From Rhodanobacteraceae bacterium (GTDB lineage Bacteria > Pseudomonadota > Gammaproteobacteria > Xanthomonadales > SZUA-5), in assembly GCA_031425695.1 (NCBI GenBank), contig JANPJV010000076.1, positions 3,261 through 67,260 on the forward strand: DNA of 64,000 nt. Direction: 5' to 3'. Below the pieces are notes generated by a model that worked only from the letters and a program-made list of their open reading frames with translations, was not told the origin of the DNA and did no database searches. The position numbers were made by a program, and so were the translations under genes. This document shows, one piece after another, positions 8,965 to 18,606 of the stretch. How positions within the stretch are numbered: position 1 is the first letter of the stretch; every line of letters starts with the position of its first letter.

Positions 8965-9011
8965 GATACCGGCCTCACCCATCCATCGCCCTCGCGGGCG
9001 CAACGTGACCC

Positions 9012-10241
9012 ATGAACGAATCTACGATCCCTGTCGCCCCACCACTTTCGCTCCGCCTGCTCGGCGCCGCCCCGCATCGTCTGCTGTTCTTCATCGGCGC
9101 GAGCAATCTGCTGCTGGCGATGGCTTGGTGGGCGGGCTGGCTGGTGGCACGACGCGCCGGCATCGTCATGGAAAGCCCGGCGCTGGCAGCAGGCTGGCTG
9201 CATGCCTATGTCATGCAGTACCAGATGCTACCGAGCTTCATCTTCGGATTCTTGCTGACTGTTTTTCCCAGATGGATGGGATTGCCCGAGCTGCAGCGCT
9301 GGCGCTATGCGCCGGTCGGCATCGGGCTCTTTGGTGGTCAGGTCGCGACCTTGCTCGGTGCGGTCGGTTGGGAGGCGGGCATCACCGTCGGCTGGTGGAT
9401 GAGCCTGGCGGGTTGGATTTCCGGCCTGGCCGCGCTGCTGCCGCTGCTGTGGCGCGAAACCGGCAAGACCTGGCACGCGCGCTCATGCGCCCTCGCGCTC
9501 GTCCTGGGACTGTTCGGCCTGGTCTGTCTTGGCGCGTTCCTGCACGGCGCGCCGGCCCTGTGGCTGTTCTCCAGTATCAAGATCGGCAGCTTTGGATTGC
9601 TGCTGCCGATCTACCTGACCGTTGCGCATCGCATGTTTCCGTTCTTCGCGTCGAACGTGGTGACCGGCTATGTTGCGTGGCGACCGCTGTGGCTGCTTGG
9701 CGCGTTCTGGGGGCTGTGCCTGCTGCACCTGGTGCTGGAACTGGTACACGCCTACCAATGGCTGTGGGCTAGCGACCTGCCGCTGCTCGGACTGTCGCTG
9801 TTGGCCTGCTGGCGCTGGTGGCCGCGTGGTCCGCAACCAGCGCTTCTACGCGTGCTCTTCCTTGGGTTGTTGTGGCTGCCCATCAGCTTCGCGCTGTATT
9901 CATCGCAAACCTTGATCTACCTCTTCACCGGCATCTTTGCGCTCGGCCGTGCCCCCGCGCACGCGCTGTTCGTCGGCTTTTTCGGCAGCGTGCTGGTGGC
10001 GATGGTCACGCGGGTGACGCAGGGACATTCAGGCCGGCCCTTGAGCCTGCCACCGATAGCAGTCTTTGCGTTCGCGGCCATCCAGGTCGTCGCCGTGCTC
10101 CGCGTCGGTGCCGAGCTCATGAAAGACGGGCCGCTGTGGCAGGCGGTCGCGGCGGTCGGCTGGCTGATCGCCTTGGGGCCCTGGGTGGCGTGGCTGGGTG
10201 GCATTTATCTGCGCGCGCGTGTTGATGGGAAACCGGGATAA
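9012..10241 (+). CDS. nnrS: NnrS family membrane protein (NO-response heme/copper protein)
   Basis: N-terminus reads APHRLLFFIGASNLLLAMAWW. It is polytopic, about 400 aa, and sits next to the NO reductase. Confidence 0.8.
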   Translation: MNESTIPVAPPLSLRLLGAAPHRLLFFIGASNLLLAMAWWAGWLVARRAGIVMESPALAAGWLHAYVMQYQMLPSFIFGFLLTVFPRWMGLPELQRWRYAPVGIGLFGGQVATLLGAVGWEAGITVGWWMSLAGWISGLAALLPLLWRETGKTWHARSCALALVLGLFGLVCLGAFLHGAPALWLFSSIKIGSFGLLLPIYLTVAHRMFPFFASNVVTGYVAWRPLWLLGAFWGLCLLHLVLELVHAYQWLWASDLPLLGLSLLACWRWWPRGPQPALLRVLFLGLLWLPISFALYSSQTLIYLFTGIFALGRAPAHALFVGFFGSVLVAMVTRVTQGHSGRPLSLPPIAVFAFAAIQVVAVLRVGAELMKDGPLWQAVAAVGWLIALGPWVAWLGGIYLRARVDGKPG

Positions 10242-10245
10242 ACCC

Positions 10246-10281
10246 GTCAAGTAGCCCGCTTCGCGGGCAACATGACCTACG
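10246..10281. repeat. REP family A unit
   Basis: Sequence gtcaagtagcccgcttcgcgggcaacatgacctacg. Confidence 0.7.
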
Positions 10282-10294
10282 AAAGCGAGGATCC

Positions 10295-10699
10295 ATGATC
10301 GAGTTCTACCCGCAGATCAAATCGGTCCATATCGGCGCGGTGATCGCCAGCGGCGGGTTGTTCCTGTTGCGCGGGATGCTGGTGCAATTGGGACGTGACG
10401 GCTTCGCCATGGCGGCGCCCGTGCGCTACCTCAGCTACACCATCGATTGCGTGCTGCTGACGGCGGCGCTGATGTTGCTGACGATCCTGCCGAAGGAGCT
10501 GTTCGCCAATGGCTGGTTGTGGGTGAAGATCGGGCTGCTGGTGGTGTACATCGTGCTCGGCACATTCGCGCTCAAGCGCGGACGCACGCCGCGGGTCCGG
10601 CTGGTTTGTTATGTGCTGGCGCTCACGGCCTTTGGATTCATGCTGACGGTGGCGCGGGGGCACCATCCGCTGGGGGTGTTGGCGGCGTGGTTGGGGTGA
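10295..10699 (+). CDS. SirB2-like small membrane protein
   Basis: 134 aa with 4 TM helices (MIEFYPQIKSVHIGAVIASGGLFLLRG...). It resembles the SirB/YchQ family; the call is by eye. Confidence 0.55.
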   Translation: MIEFYPQIKSVHIGAVIASGGLFLLRGMLVQLGRDGFAMAAPVRYLSYTIDCVLLTAALMLLTILPKELFANGWLWVKIGLLVVYIVLGTFALKRGRTPRVRLVCYVLALTAFGFMLTVARGHHPLGVLAAWLG

Positions 10700-10708
10700 G
10701 CGTTGGAC

Positions 10709-10809
10709 GTAGGTCATGTTGCCCGCGCCAGCGGGCTACTTGACGCTTTGGCGGTCGCCCCGTTCAACAGCCGTCAAGTAGCCCGCTGCGCGGGCAACAT
10801 GATTACGAG
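10709..10809. repeat. inverted REP family A doublet
   Basis: gtaggtcatgttgcccgcgccagcgggctacttgac at 10709-10744 pairs with gtcaagtagcccgctgcgcgggcaacatgattacgag at 10773-10809. Confidence 0.75.
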
Positions 10810-10829
10810 AGCATTTCTCTAAGCGTCGA

Positions 10830-12053
10830 TCACAAAACCCACTCGAGCTGCAACCACAGCTTGGTCGTATTACGCCCGAAACCCTCGCTGCGGTAATCGG
10901 CCAGCTTGAGCATTCCGGTCAACTTCTCGCCCACCGGAAAGCTCAGTGACGCGTCCCACTCTGTGCCATACCGCGCATTGCCCTGGTCGGCGCGGTAGTC
11001 GTGCCAGGCCAGCGCCCATTTCATCTTTGACGACAGCTCGCCGGTGCCCACGGCGCCGCCGGTGCCGAGGTAACGATCCTCGAGACCTCCCGCGGGGGTG
11101 ACGAGAAACTTGTCGGCCCAGCCATTGAACGCATGCAAGGTTGCCAGCGGTGTCTGCAGGGCGTGGCGTCCATTGCCGCCGAGGTGTTCCCAGCCGGCGC
11201 GCCAGGTCAGACCTGCCTGGGTCCAGCTGGGCTCGAGCAGCCAGTAGGAATGGGTGAAATCGAGTGGATTGTCGGCGTGCTCGCGCTGGCTGGCAGCCTC
11301 GACGCGCCAGCCCAGTCCCTTGCCTTCAACGACGCGACTTCCGGTCCAGCGCGCACCGATGGTCAGCGTCGAGGCGGCAGCTACATCCTGATCGTCATGT
11401 GCGATCAGATAGCCGCCGAATTGCTGCGTTCCGTGAGCAAACCCGGCATCGAATACATGCGTGCCGAGATCGCGCTCGCGTGATTGCCGGTCGAGGGCGT
11501 CGTCGCCATTGCTGCGATGCACGCGGTCGATCCAGAAGTAGCGCGCAGTCCACGCGGCCGTCGGTTTCCATTCGGCCGCGATCGCGTCAAAGGTCTGCTC
11601 GTTCTGGCGCCAGCCGCCATTGCCGACCCAGCGCTGGTTGTCGAGCAGGACCCGCTGGCGCCCGAGCGTGCTGGCCAGTTGCGGGTTCCGCCAGCTCACC
11701 CAGGCCTGGTTGAGCTCCGCGCCTTCAGGATCGACGATGCTCGGGAACGCAGTCTCGCCATTGGCGCCACTGTTGTACTCGTCACCCAGCGCGGCGATGG
11801 CTTCGCCTTCGATCAGAGCGCTCCAGCCGGGCGCCGGGTTGGCACGAACGCCGACCCGCAGGCGCAAGGTCTGGGCGGCAGCCTCGCGCGCAAAGCTGGC
11901 GTCGTCGACCGACTCGTGGCGCAACCGCACATTCGCTTCCATGGCCCAGGGCGGCGCCGCCGCAATCGGCGGCGTCGTCTGCGCGCACGCAACGGTGGCG
12001 AGACTGGACAGCACTGCACCAGCAAGTAATCGCTGGATTGGAATCTTGCTCAT
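10830..12053 (-). CDS. outer-membrane beta-barrel, alginate-export (AlgE-like) family porin
   Basis: Has a signal peptide ending VACAQ, the motif GRQRVLLDNQRWVGNGGWRQNEQTFDA, and a C-terminal LQLEWVL. AAGGAG precedes the ATG. Confidence 0.7.
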   Translation of the reverse strand: MSKIPIQRLLAGAVLSSLATVACAQTTPPIAAAPPWAMEANVRLRHESVDDASFAREAAAQTLRLRVGVRANPAPGWSALIEGEAIAALGDEYNSGANGETAFPSIVDPEGAELNQAWVSWRNPQLASTLGRQRVLLDNQRWVGNGGWRQNEQTFDAIAAEWKPTAAWTARYFWIDRVHRSNGDDALDRQSRERDLGTHVFDAGFAHGTQQFGGYLIAHDDQDVAAASTLTIGARWTGSRVVEGKGLGWRVEAASQREHADNPLDFTHSYWLLEPSWTQAGLTWRAGWEHLGGNGRHALQTPLATLHAFNGWADKFLVTPAGGLEDRYLGTGGAVGTGELSSKMKWALAWHDYRADQGNARYGTEWDASLSFPVGEKLTGMLKLADYRSEGFGRNTTKLWLQLEWVL

Positions 12054-12110
12054 CTGCGCTTCTCCTTAAGTCCGTGAGCTCAAGAATCGGCGTAGGTGTC
12101 GTGACGCGCC

Positions 12111-12124
12111 TTGACTTGGGTCAG
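12111..12124. promoter_or_regulatory. FNR-type box TTGACttggGTCAG, oriented for the porin gene
   Basis: Half-degenerate palindrome. Its centre lies 64.5 bp upstream of the porin ATG. Confidence 0.5.
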
Positions 12125-12201
12125 GTCCGATTGACGATCGCTTGGATCACGCCACGGCGACGGCAGGTGGCGCACACACGATCGAGCGGAACCGCGGCGG
12201 G

Positions 12202-12215
12202 TTGACTTGGATCAA
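12202..12215. promoter_or_regulatory. FNR/DNR-type box TTGACttggATCAA upstream of nirK
   Basis: Near-perfect palindrome. Its centre lies 71.5 bp upstream of the nirK ATG. Confidence 0.7.
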
Positions 12216-12279
12216 GGCGGCTGGACCGGCTGACACGCAATCTTCGCTCACGGTCTTTTGGGTCACAGTCGAGGAAACC

Positions 12280-13809
12280 ATGAAACACTTCGCGCGCCAC
12301 GTGCTCCTGCTCACGGCAATCTCCGTGTCCCTGTTCGGATGCGATCAGCAGGCGAGCAACTCAGCTCCCAAAGCGGCGCCGCCGGCCGCGGCAGCGCCCG
12401 CCGATACCGGCGGCTCGGCCAAAGGCGATTTCGGCCCGCCGCAAGGTGAGCCGATCCAGGCGATCCTGACCAGTCCGCCGAATGTGCCGCCGCCGACTGG
12501 CCGCACGGCGCCGGCGAAGGTAATCGTGAATCTGGAAGTGATCGAAAAAGAACTGCCGATCGCCGAGGGCACGACCTACACTTTCTGGACCTTCGGCGGC
12601 ACCGTGCCGGGCAGTTTCATCCGCGTGCGCCAGGGCGATACGGTCGAGTTCCACCTGAATAATCACCCCGATTCGAAGATGCCGCACAACATCGATTTGC
12701 ACGGCGTCACCGGACCCGGTGGCGGCGCTGCATCGAGCTTTACGGCCCCGGGCCATTCCTCGCAGTTCACCTTCAAGGCGCTCAACCAGGGCCTGTACGT
12801 GTACCACTGCGCCACCGCGCCGGTGGGCATGCACGTCGCCAACGGCATGTACGGATTGATCCTGGTCGAACCGCCCGAAGGCATGCCGAAGGTCGACAAA
12901 GAGTTCTATGTGATGCAGGGCGATTTCTACACGGTCGGCAAGTTCCGCGAGAAGGGCCTGCAGGCCTTCGACATGCAGAAAGCCATCGACGAAAACGCGA
13001 CCTACGTGCTGTTCAACGGAGCCGAGGGCGCGCTCACCGGCGACAATGCGATCAAGGCCAGCGTCGGCGAAAGCGTGCGGCTGTACGTGGGCAACGGCGG
13101 CCCCAACTTGGTGTCGAGCTTTCACCTGATCGGCGAGATCTTCGACAAGGTCTGGTACGAAGGCGGCACCCGCTACCAGGAGAACGTGCAGACGACTTTG
13201 GTGCCGGCCGGCGGCGCGATGATTGCCGATTTCCGCCTCGAGGTTCCGGGCAGCTACGTGCTGGTCGATCACTCGATCTTCCGCGCCTTCAACAAGGGCG
13301 CGCTCGGCATCCTCAAGGTCGACGGTCCCGAGAACAAGGCCATCTATTCCGGCAAGGAAGTCGATTCTTCTTATCTCGGCGACAAGGCCGCCAGCATGGC
13401 CGCGGTGTCGGTCGCTGCGCAGTCGACGGCGGCGGGCACGCTGACCCCGGAAGAGCAGAGCAAGGCCGGTCAGGCGTTGTACGCAGGCACCTGTTCGGTG
13501 TGCCACCAGAACAACGGCGAGGGCATGGCCGGCGTGTTTCCGCCACTGGCGAAATCCGACTACGTCGCCGCGCGCAGCCACGATGAACTGATCGCGATCG
13601 TGCTCAACGGGCTGACGGGTCCGGTCAAGGTCAACGGCCAGGACTACAACTCGGTGATGCCACCGATGAGCCAGCTCACCGACGACGAGATCGCCAACAT
13701 CCTCACCTACGTCAACACCAGCTGGAGCAACGCTGGTGGCGCCGTCAGCAAAGAGGAAGTGGCCAAGGTGCGTGGCTCCACCGCACGTGCTGCAGGTGCG
13801 GCGCACTGA
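12280..13809 (+). CDS. nirK: copper-containing nitrite reductase, lipoprotein form with a C-terminal cytochrome c domain
   Basis: Has the lipobox LFGC, copper ligand motifs HNIDLHG and [20 protein letters not shown], and a C-terminal CSVCHQ...MPPM. GAGGAA precedes ATG 12280. Confidence 0.9.
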   Translation: MKHFARHVLLLTAISVSLFGCDQQASNSAPKAAPPAAAAPADTGGSAKGDFGPPQGEPIQAILTSPPNVPPPTGRTAPAKVIVNLEVIEKELPIAEGTTYTFWTFGGTVPGSFIRVRQGDTVEFHLNNHPDSKMPHNIDLHGVTGPGGGAASSFTAPGHSSQFTFKALNQGLYVYHCATAPVGMHVANGMYGLILVEPPEGMPKVDKEFYVMQGDFYTVGKFREKGLQAFDMQKAIDENATYVLFNGAEGALTGDNAIKASVGESVRLYVGNGGPNLVSSFHLIGEIFDKVWYEGGTRYQENVQTTLVPAGGAMIADFRLEVPGSYVLVDHSIFRAFNKGALGILKVDGPENKAIYSGKEVDSSYLGDKAASMAAVSVAAQSTAAGTLTPEEQSKAGQALYAGTCSVCHQNNGEGMAGVFPPLAKSDYVAARSHDELIAIVLNGLTGPVKVNGQDYNSVMPPMSQLTDDEIANILTYVNTSWSNAGGAVSKEEVAKVRGSTARAAGAAH

Positions 13810-13819
13810 GCCGACGGCG

Positions 13820-14689
13820 ATGAGCGCGATGCTGGATCGCTTGCGTAGCCCGGAGTACGCGCAGCGTTCTCCGGGGATTCGGCTCGCCCGCAACCCCCGG
13901 AGAACGCTTTGCGTACTCCGGGCTACGTGCCTCTCGCTGCTTTCCTGCGGCGCGCACGCCGCTGAACCGGCTTGGCCCGTGCTCCCCGGCAATGCCGAGT
14001 TCAAGACCGTGCTGGCGTACGAGGACACCGCCAGCACGGTCAGCATCCCTTCCTTCGAGTTGCAGCCGCAGCCGGTGACCAATGCTGAGTTTCTGCGCTT
14101 CGTGACGGTGGCCCCTGAATGGCGGCGCGGCACGGCGCCGACGATCTTCGTCGACGCTGAGTACCTCGCGCACTGGAGCGGCCCGTTGAGTCTGGGCAAG
14201 AACGCGCAAGCGGACCAGCCTGTGTCGCAGGTCAGCTGGTTTGCGGCCCAGGCCTATTGCGAGGCGCAAGGCGCACGACTGCCGACCTGGTCCGAGTGGG
14301 AATACGCGGCCGCCGCCGACGCGACGCGCGTCGATGCCCGACAGGATCCGGCCTGGCGCGAGGCCATCCTCGCCTGGTACTCGAAGCCGTCGGGGCAACC
14401 CCTTGCTGAGGTCGGCCAGGCTGCAGCCAATGTCTACGGCGTCCAGGACCTGCATGGTCTGGTTTGGGAGTGGGTCGATGACTACGCGGCAATGCTCGTG
14501 TCGGCGGACAACCGCGACCAGGGCGACGCCGATATCCTTAAATTCTGCGGCGCCGGTGCGCTGTCGACCAATGACCGCGAGAACTACGCCGTGCTCATGC
14601 GCATCGCCATGCTGTCGGCGCTCGAAGCGGTCGATACGACGCGCAATGTGGGGTTTCGGTGTGCGCGGGATTTGGGGGGAAGGCGATGA
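13820..14689 (+). CDS. nirV: formylglycine-generating-enzyme (SUMF1) family protein, NirV-like
   Basis: Contains an FGE-sulfatase-like core (QVSWFAAQAYCEAQGARLPTWSEWEYAA, GLVWEWVDDY, NVGFRCARD) and lies immediately downstream of nirK. The N-terminal region carries an embedded palindrome. Confidence 0.75.
   Translation: MSAMLDRLRSPEYAQRSPGIRLARNPRRTLCVLRATCLSLLSCGAHAAEPAWPVLPGNAEFKTVLAYEDTASTVSIPSFELQPQPVTNAEFLRFVTVAPEWRRGTAPTIFVDAEYLAHWSGPLSLGKNAQADQPVSQVSWFAAQAYCEAQGARLPTWSEWEYAAAADATRVDARQDPAWREAILAWYSKPSGQPLAEVGQAAANVYGVQDLHGLVWEWVDDYAAMLVSADNRDQGDADILKFCGAGALSTNDRENYAVLMRIAMLSALEAVDTTRNVGFRCARDLGGRR
13843..13927. repeat. about 85 bp near-perfect palindrome inside the nirV 5' coding region
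   Basis: Arms are gcgtagcccggagtacgcgcagcgttctccgggg and ccccggagaacgctttgcgtactccgggctacg. Confidence 0.8.
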
Positions 14690-14844
14690 ACATATTTGAA
14701 GTGCGGCGCTCCGCTTTGGCTCATTGGATCTCCGGCAAGTTCACGTCCGGCCCTCGGCATAGCCTCGGGCGTTCGCCGGCGCAGGACGCTGCGCGTCCAC
14801 AGCGCACCGCCTCACGCAAAGCGGCGCGGAGCGCCGCACTCCAA

Positions 14845-15390
14845 ATGTTGCTCGCGCTCTGGACCTGCTCGGCGGCCGTCGCATCCCCCCTCCCCAACGA
14901 TTCCCTCTACCAGCTCGACGCCCAGTTAACCGCTCACGACGCCCGCGATTCCAAACTCGCTGACCGGCGCGGTCGGCCACAGTTGGTGGCGATGTTCTAC
15001 ACCTCGTGCAAGTTCGTCTGCCCGCTGATCATCGACAGCGTCAAGGGGGTCGAGCACGTGCTGACGCCGGCCGAACGCGCCGACATCGACTTTTTGCTGA
15101 TCTCGATCGATCCCGAGCGCGACGATGTCGCCGCGCTCGCGTCGGTTGCAGGCAAGCGCAAGCTCGGCACGCACTGGACGCTCGCGCGTACCGAGGAACG
15201 CAACGTGCGCAAGCTCGCCGCATTGCTCGGCGTGCGCTACCGAGCACTGGCCGACGGCGAGTTCAACCACACCAGCACGCTGTACCTGCTTGACGCCGAT
15301 GGCCGCAAGCTCGCCAGCAGCTCCAAGCTTGGGACGGTGCCTGACGCGGAATTTGTTGCGGCGGTGCGTGCGGCGCTGAGCGCGAAATAA
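14845..15390 (+). CDS. SCO1/SenC family copper chaperone
   Basis: Has the CxxxC motif FYTSCKFVCP and a thioredoxin-like fold. ATG 14845 gives a signal peptide (MLLALWTCSAAVA). An alternative ATG at 14686 overlaps the nirV stop but reads through a REP doublet. Confidence 0.75.
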   Translation: MLLALWTCSAAVASPLPNDSLYQLDAQLTAHDARDSKLADRRGRPQLVAMFYTSCKFVCPLIIDSVKGVEHVLTPAERADIDFLLISIDPERDDVAALASVAGKRKLGTHWTLARTEERNVRKLAALLGVRYRALADGEFNHTSTLYLLDADGRKLASSSKLGTVPDAEFVAAVRAALSAK

Positions 15391-15433
15391 CATCGGTGCT
15401 CCACCGGTCTGCTTGCCGAGAAACCTACCTCGC

Positions 15434-15447
15434 TTGATCCCGATCAA
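15434..15447. promoter_or_regulatory. FNR box TTGATcccgATCAA upstream of azurin
   Basis: Perfect half-sites. Its centre lies 68.5 bp upstream of the ATG. Confidence 0.75.
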
Positions 15448-15508
15448 GGCAGCTTCACTGCTCACGGTTCAAGCTGCCCCTATCTTCTACCCATCCAAGG
15501 AAATACCC

Positions 15509-15949
15509 ATGCGCATTCTCACCACTGCCGGCCTCCTGCTCTTCGCCGGATTCGCCCAGGCCGAAAACTGTGTCATCGATCTCAAAAGCGATGACGCCAT
15601 GAAGTTCGACCAGGCCTCCGTTACCGTGTCGGCGTCGTGCAAGAGCATCGAGATCAAGCTCGCGCATACCGGCAAGATGCCGGTTGCAGCAATGGGCCAC
15701 AATGTCGTCATCACCACCACACCCGACTTCATGCCGGTTGCCCAGGACGGGATGAAGGCAGGCCTGCCGGCGAACTATTTGAAGGCGGGCGATACGCGCG
15801 TCATCACCAACACCCAGTTCGTCGGCGGCGGCGAAAGCACCAGCGTCAAGTTCGACGGCGCCAAGCTCAAGGCCGGCGGCGACTACACCTTCTTCTGCTC
15901 GTTCCCGGGACACTGGGCGATCATGAAGGGCAAGGTGGTGGTCGAGTAA
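15509..15949 (+). CDS. azu: azurin (blue copper protein)
   Basis: The mature sequence AENCVIDLKSDDAMKFD...MGHNVVI...FFCSFPGHWAIMKG carries the azurin Cu ligands. It has a signal peptide, and AAGGAAA precedes the ATG. Confidence 0.9.
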   Translation: MRILTTAGLLLFAGFAQAENCVIDLKSDDAMKFDQASVTVSASCKSIEIKLAHTGKMPVAAMGHNVVITTTPDFMPVAQDGMKAGLPANYLKAGDTRVITNTQFVGGGESTSVKFDGAKLKAGGDYTFFCSFPGHWAIMKGKVVVE

Positions 15950-16043
15950 TCTCGGCCGAAAGTCTTCGACTTTCGCCCGGTACCTAGATTCCGCCCGCGG
16001 AGCAAAAACGTGGTTTTTGCTGCGCGATCACTCGATGCCTTGC

Positions 16044-16196
16044 GTAGTTCACGTTGCGCCCACGCGGCCTTGGTTGCGTCACGGAATTCATCGGGCGCTA
16101 CGTGACAATCGGCGATGCCGCAACGGCGCGTGTCACGTAGCGCCCGAACGTTACCATCGCTCGGCCTTGGAGTTCGCGGGCCCAACGTGACCTACG
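16044..16196. repeat. REPIN-like composite palindromic element (family A), approximate bounds
   Basis: Outer pair is ...cacgttgcgcccacgcgg / gcgggcccaacgtgacctacg. Inner pair is gggcgctacgtgaca / tgtcacgtagcgccc. Confidence 0.6.
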
Positions 16197-16220
16197 GTCA
16201 CGTGACCCAATTCACTCAAG

Positions 16221-16234
16221 TTGACCCAGATCAA
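16221..16234. promoter_or_regulatory. FNR box TTGACccagATCAA upstream of ccoN
   Basis: Near-perfect palindrome. Its centre lies 61.5 bp upstream of the ccoN ATG. Confidence 0.75.
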
Positions 16235-16288
16235 TAGGTCGCCCGCTGGCCTTCTCGATACTGCAATGAACCGCAATCGAGACCGTCC

Positions 16289-17734
16289 ATGGGCGACACC
16301 GCCGCCAGCGATACCTACAGCGACAAGGCTGTCCATCAGTTCACCATCGCGGCCATCGCCTGGGGCGTGATCGGGATGGCGGTGGGCGTGCTGATCGCCG
16401 CCCAGCTGTACTGGCCCGCGCTCAATTTCGACATTGCCTGGTTGAGCTACGGCCGCCTGCGTCCGATCCACACCAACGGCGTCATTTTCGCGTTCGGCGG
16501 GTCAGCACTGTTTGCCACCAGCTTGTATGTCGTGCAGCGCACCTGCCACGTTCGACTGATTTCCGATCGGCTTGCGAGCTTCGTGTTCTGGGGCTGGCAG
16601 GCGGTGATCGTCGCGGTCGTGATCACGCTGGCGATGGGGATCACGCAGGCGAAGGAATACGCTGAGGCCGAGTGGCCGATCGATATCCTGATCACGATCG
16701 TCTGGGTCGCCTACGGCTGGCTGTTCTTCGGCACCATCGCGAAGCGCAAGGTCAAGCACATCTACGTCGCCAACTGGTTTTTCGGCGCCTACATCATCGG
16801 CATCGCGCTGCTGCACATCATCAACAACCTGGTGGTGCCGGTAAGCCTGTGGAAGTCGTATTCGGTGTACACGGGTGCGGTCGATGCGATGGCGCAGTGG
16901 TGGTACGGGCATAACGCGGTCGGCTTCATGCTGACCACCAGCTACCTCGGGATGATGTACTACTTCGTGCCCAAGCAAGCCGGGCGGCCGATCTACTCGT
17001 ATCGGCTCTCAATCGTGCACTTCTGGGCGCTGATCTCGATCTACATGTGGGCCGGCCCGCACCACCTGCAGTACACCGCGCTGCCGGACTGGGTGCAGTC
17101 GGTCGGCATGGTGTTCTCGCTGATCCTGTTGGCGCCATCCTGGGGCGGTGCCATCAACGGCATCCTGACCCTGTCGGGCGTGTGGCACAAACTGCGCACC
17201 GACCCGATCCTCAAGTTCCTGATCGTGTCCTTGAGCTTCTACATGATCGCGACCTTCGAGGGTCCGATGATGTCGATCAAGACGGTCAACTCGCTCTCCC
17301 ACTACACCGACTGGACCATCGGCCATGTTCACGCCGGTGCGCTCGGCTGGGTGGCGATGATCACCATGGGCTCGCTGTACTCGATGTATCCGCGCCTGCT
17401 GGGCCTCTCGTCGATGTACTCGACGCGGCTCATCGACCTGCACTTCTGGGTACACACGGTGGGCGTCGTCTTCTACATCGTCTCGATGTGGATTGCCGGC
17501 ATCACCCAAGGGTTGATGTGGCGCGCCACCAATGCCGACGGCACGCTCACCTACAGTTTCGTCGAGTCATTGGTCGCCACCTATCCCTACTACCTCGGGC
17601 GGCTCCTGGGCGGCCTGCTGGTGCTGGCCGGCATGAGCGTCATGGCCTGGAACTTCTGGCGCACCTGGCAACTGGCGCGCGGCGCAGCAGAGCAGCCGGT
17701 GCTGGTGCCGCATGCGGCGGAGGCGCGGGCATGA
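16289..17734 (+). CDS. ccoN: cbb3-type cytochrome c oxidase subunit I
   Basis: 481 aa, polytopic, with heme-copper motifs ([37 protein letters not shown]). Confidence 0.95.
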   Translation: MGDTAASDTYSDKAVHQFTIAAIAWGVIGMAVGVLIAAQLYWPALNFDIAWLSYGRLRPIHTNGVIFAFGGSALFATSLYVVQRTCHVRLISDRLASFVFWGWQAVIVAVVITLAMGITQAKEYAEAEWPIDILITIVWVAYGWLFFGTIAKRKVKHIYVANWFFGAYIIGIALLHIINNLVVPVSLWKSYSVYTGAVDAMAQWWYGHNAVGFMLTTSYLGMMYYFVPKQAGRPIYSYRLSIVHFWALISIYMWAGPHHLQYTALPDWVQSVGMVFSLILLAPSWGGAINGILTLSGVWHKLRTDPILKFLIVSLSFYMIATFEGPMMSIKTVNSLSHYTDWTIGHVHAGALGWVAMITMGSLYSMYPRLLGLSSMYSTRLIDLHFWVHTVGVVFYIVSMWIAGITQGLMWRATNADGTLTYSFVESLVATYPYYLGRLLGGLLVLAGMSVMAWNFWRTWQLARGAAEQPVLVPHAAEARA

Positions 17735-17787
17735 GGAACGATTGGTCGGGGATGGCGGCTTTCGTGTGGCGCCTCCGAGGAGCCGGC

Positions 17788-17948
17788 GTAGGTCAGGTTG
17801 CGCCCACGTCGTGCTCGACCAAGGCGACACGGGGGAGCGGGCGTTACCTGACAACCGCCAGCATGGATTCCGAAAAAGAGCTGTCAGGTAACGCCCGACC
17901 CATTGCATCGCCACGCCCGAGCGTTTCGCGGGCGCAACCTGACCTACG
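17788..17948. repeat. REPIN-like composite palindromic element (family A) between ccoN and ccoO
   Basis: Outer pair is gtaggtcaggttgcgcccacg (17788) / cgcgggcgcaacctgacctacg (17927). Inner pair is gggcgttacctgaca / tgtcaggtaacgccc. Confidence 0.75.
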
Positions 17949-17984
17949 TAATCAAAAGCAATCGCCCACGCACAGGCGCACGTC

Positions 17985-18602
17985 ATGAGCCTCGGACACG
18001 AGAAAGTCGAAAAGAATGTGGTGCTGATGGGTCTCTTGATCGCCGGCGTGATCTCGCTCGGTGGCCTCGCTGAAATCGTGCCGCTGATGTACCAGGCGGA
18101 GGCAATCGAGCCGTTGCCGGGCGTGGTCCCGTTTCCGGCGCTCGAGCTCGCCGGCCGTGAGATCTACATGCGCGAGGGCTGCGGCAACTGCCATACGCAG
18201 ATGATCCGCACACTGCGCTTCGAAACCGAGCGTTACGGCCACTACTCGCTCGCCGGTGAATCGGTCTACGACCGTCCCTTCCTGTGGGGTTCCAAGCGCA
18301 CCGGTCCGGATCTGGCGCGCGTCGGTGGGCGCTATTCCGAGGATTGGCATCGCGTGCATCTGATCGACCCGCGCGCGGTCGTTCCCGAGTCGAACATGCC
18401 TGGCTTTCCATGGCTGGAATCGGCGCCGGTCAGCGCCGAAGGCGTAGTCGCCAAGATGCGCACCCTGCAATGGATGGGCGATCCCTACAGCGACGAGCAG
18501 ATCGAGAACGCGCCCAAGGAGCTTGCCGGCAAGGACGAGCTGGACGCGATGGTGGCCTACCTGCAGGGCTTGGGCAAGAACGCGCCGAAGACGGGGGGCT
18601 AA
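17985..18602 (+). CDS. ccoO: cbb3-type cytochrome c oxidase subunit II (monoheme)
   Basis: Contains the heme motif CGNCHTQMIR and the typical N-terminus MSLGHEKVEKNVVLM. Confidence 0.95.
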   Translation: MSLGHEKVEKNVVLMGLLIAGVISLGGLAEIVPLMYQAEAIEPLPGVVPFPALELAGREIYMREGCGNCHTQMIRTLRFETERYGHYSLAGESVYDRPFLWGSKRTGPDLARVGGRYSEDWHRVHLIDPRAVVPESNMPGFPWLESAPVSAEGVVAKMRTLQWMGDPYSDEQIENAPKELAGKDELDAMVAYLQGLGKNAPKTGG

Positions 18603-18606
18603 AGCC

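Noticed and set aside
12361-14199. 612-aa ORF antisense to nirK/nirV. Similar long antisense or alternative-frame ORFs occur at 3856-5175, 7707-9203, 7814-9772, 17952-19400, 19965-21542, 23350-24738, 24787-25989, 40470-41849, 52520-53791, 52824-54056 and 58346-59506.
   Set aside because: All lie opposite or out of frame to genes with clear family motifs. Their translations are Arg/Ala/Gly/Pro-rich with no motifs. Such stop-free frames are expected in high-GC DNA.
14686-14844. Upstream ATG for the SCO chaperone that overlaps the nirV stop (ATGA)
   Set aside because: The extra 53 codons read through an inverted REP doublet and give a non-signal-like, Arg-rich N-terminus. ATG 14845 yields a normal signal peptide. 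It is kept only as an alternative.
16266-16370. A 34-codon upstream ORF ([14 protein letters not shown]...) overlapping the ccoN start in another frame
   Set aside because: Its ATG is 3 nt off the predicted FNR-dependent start. It has no SD sequence and a composition typical of out-of-frame reading of ccoN. There is no evidence for it beyond being open.
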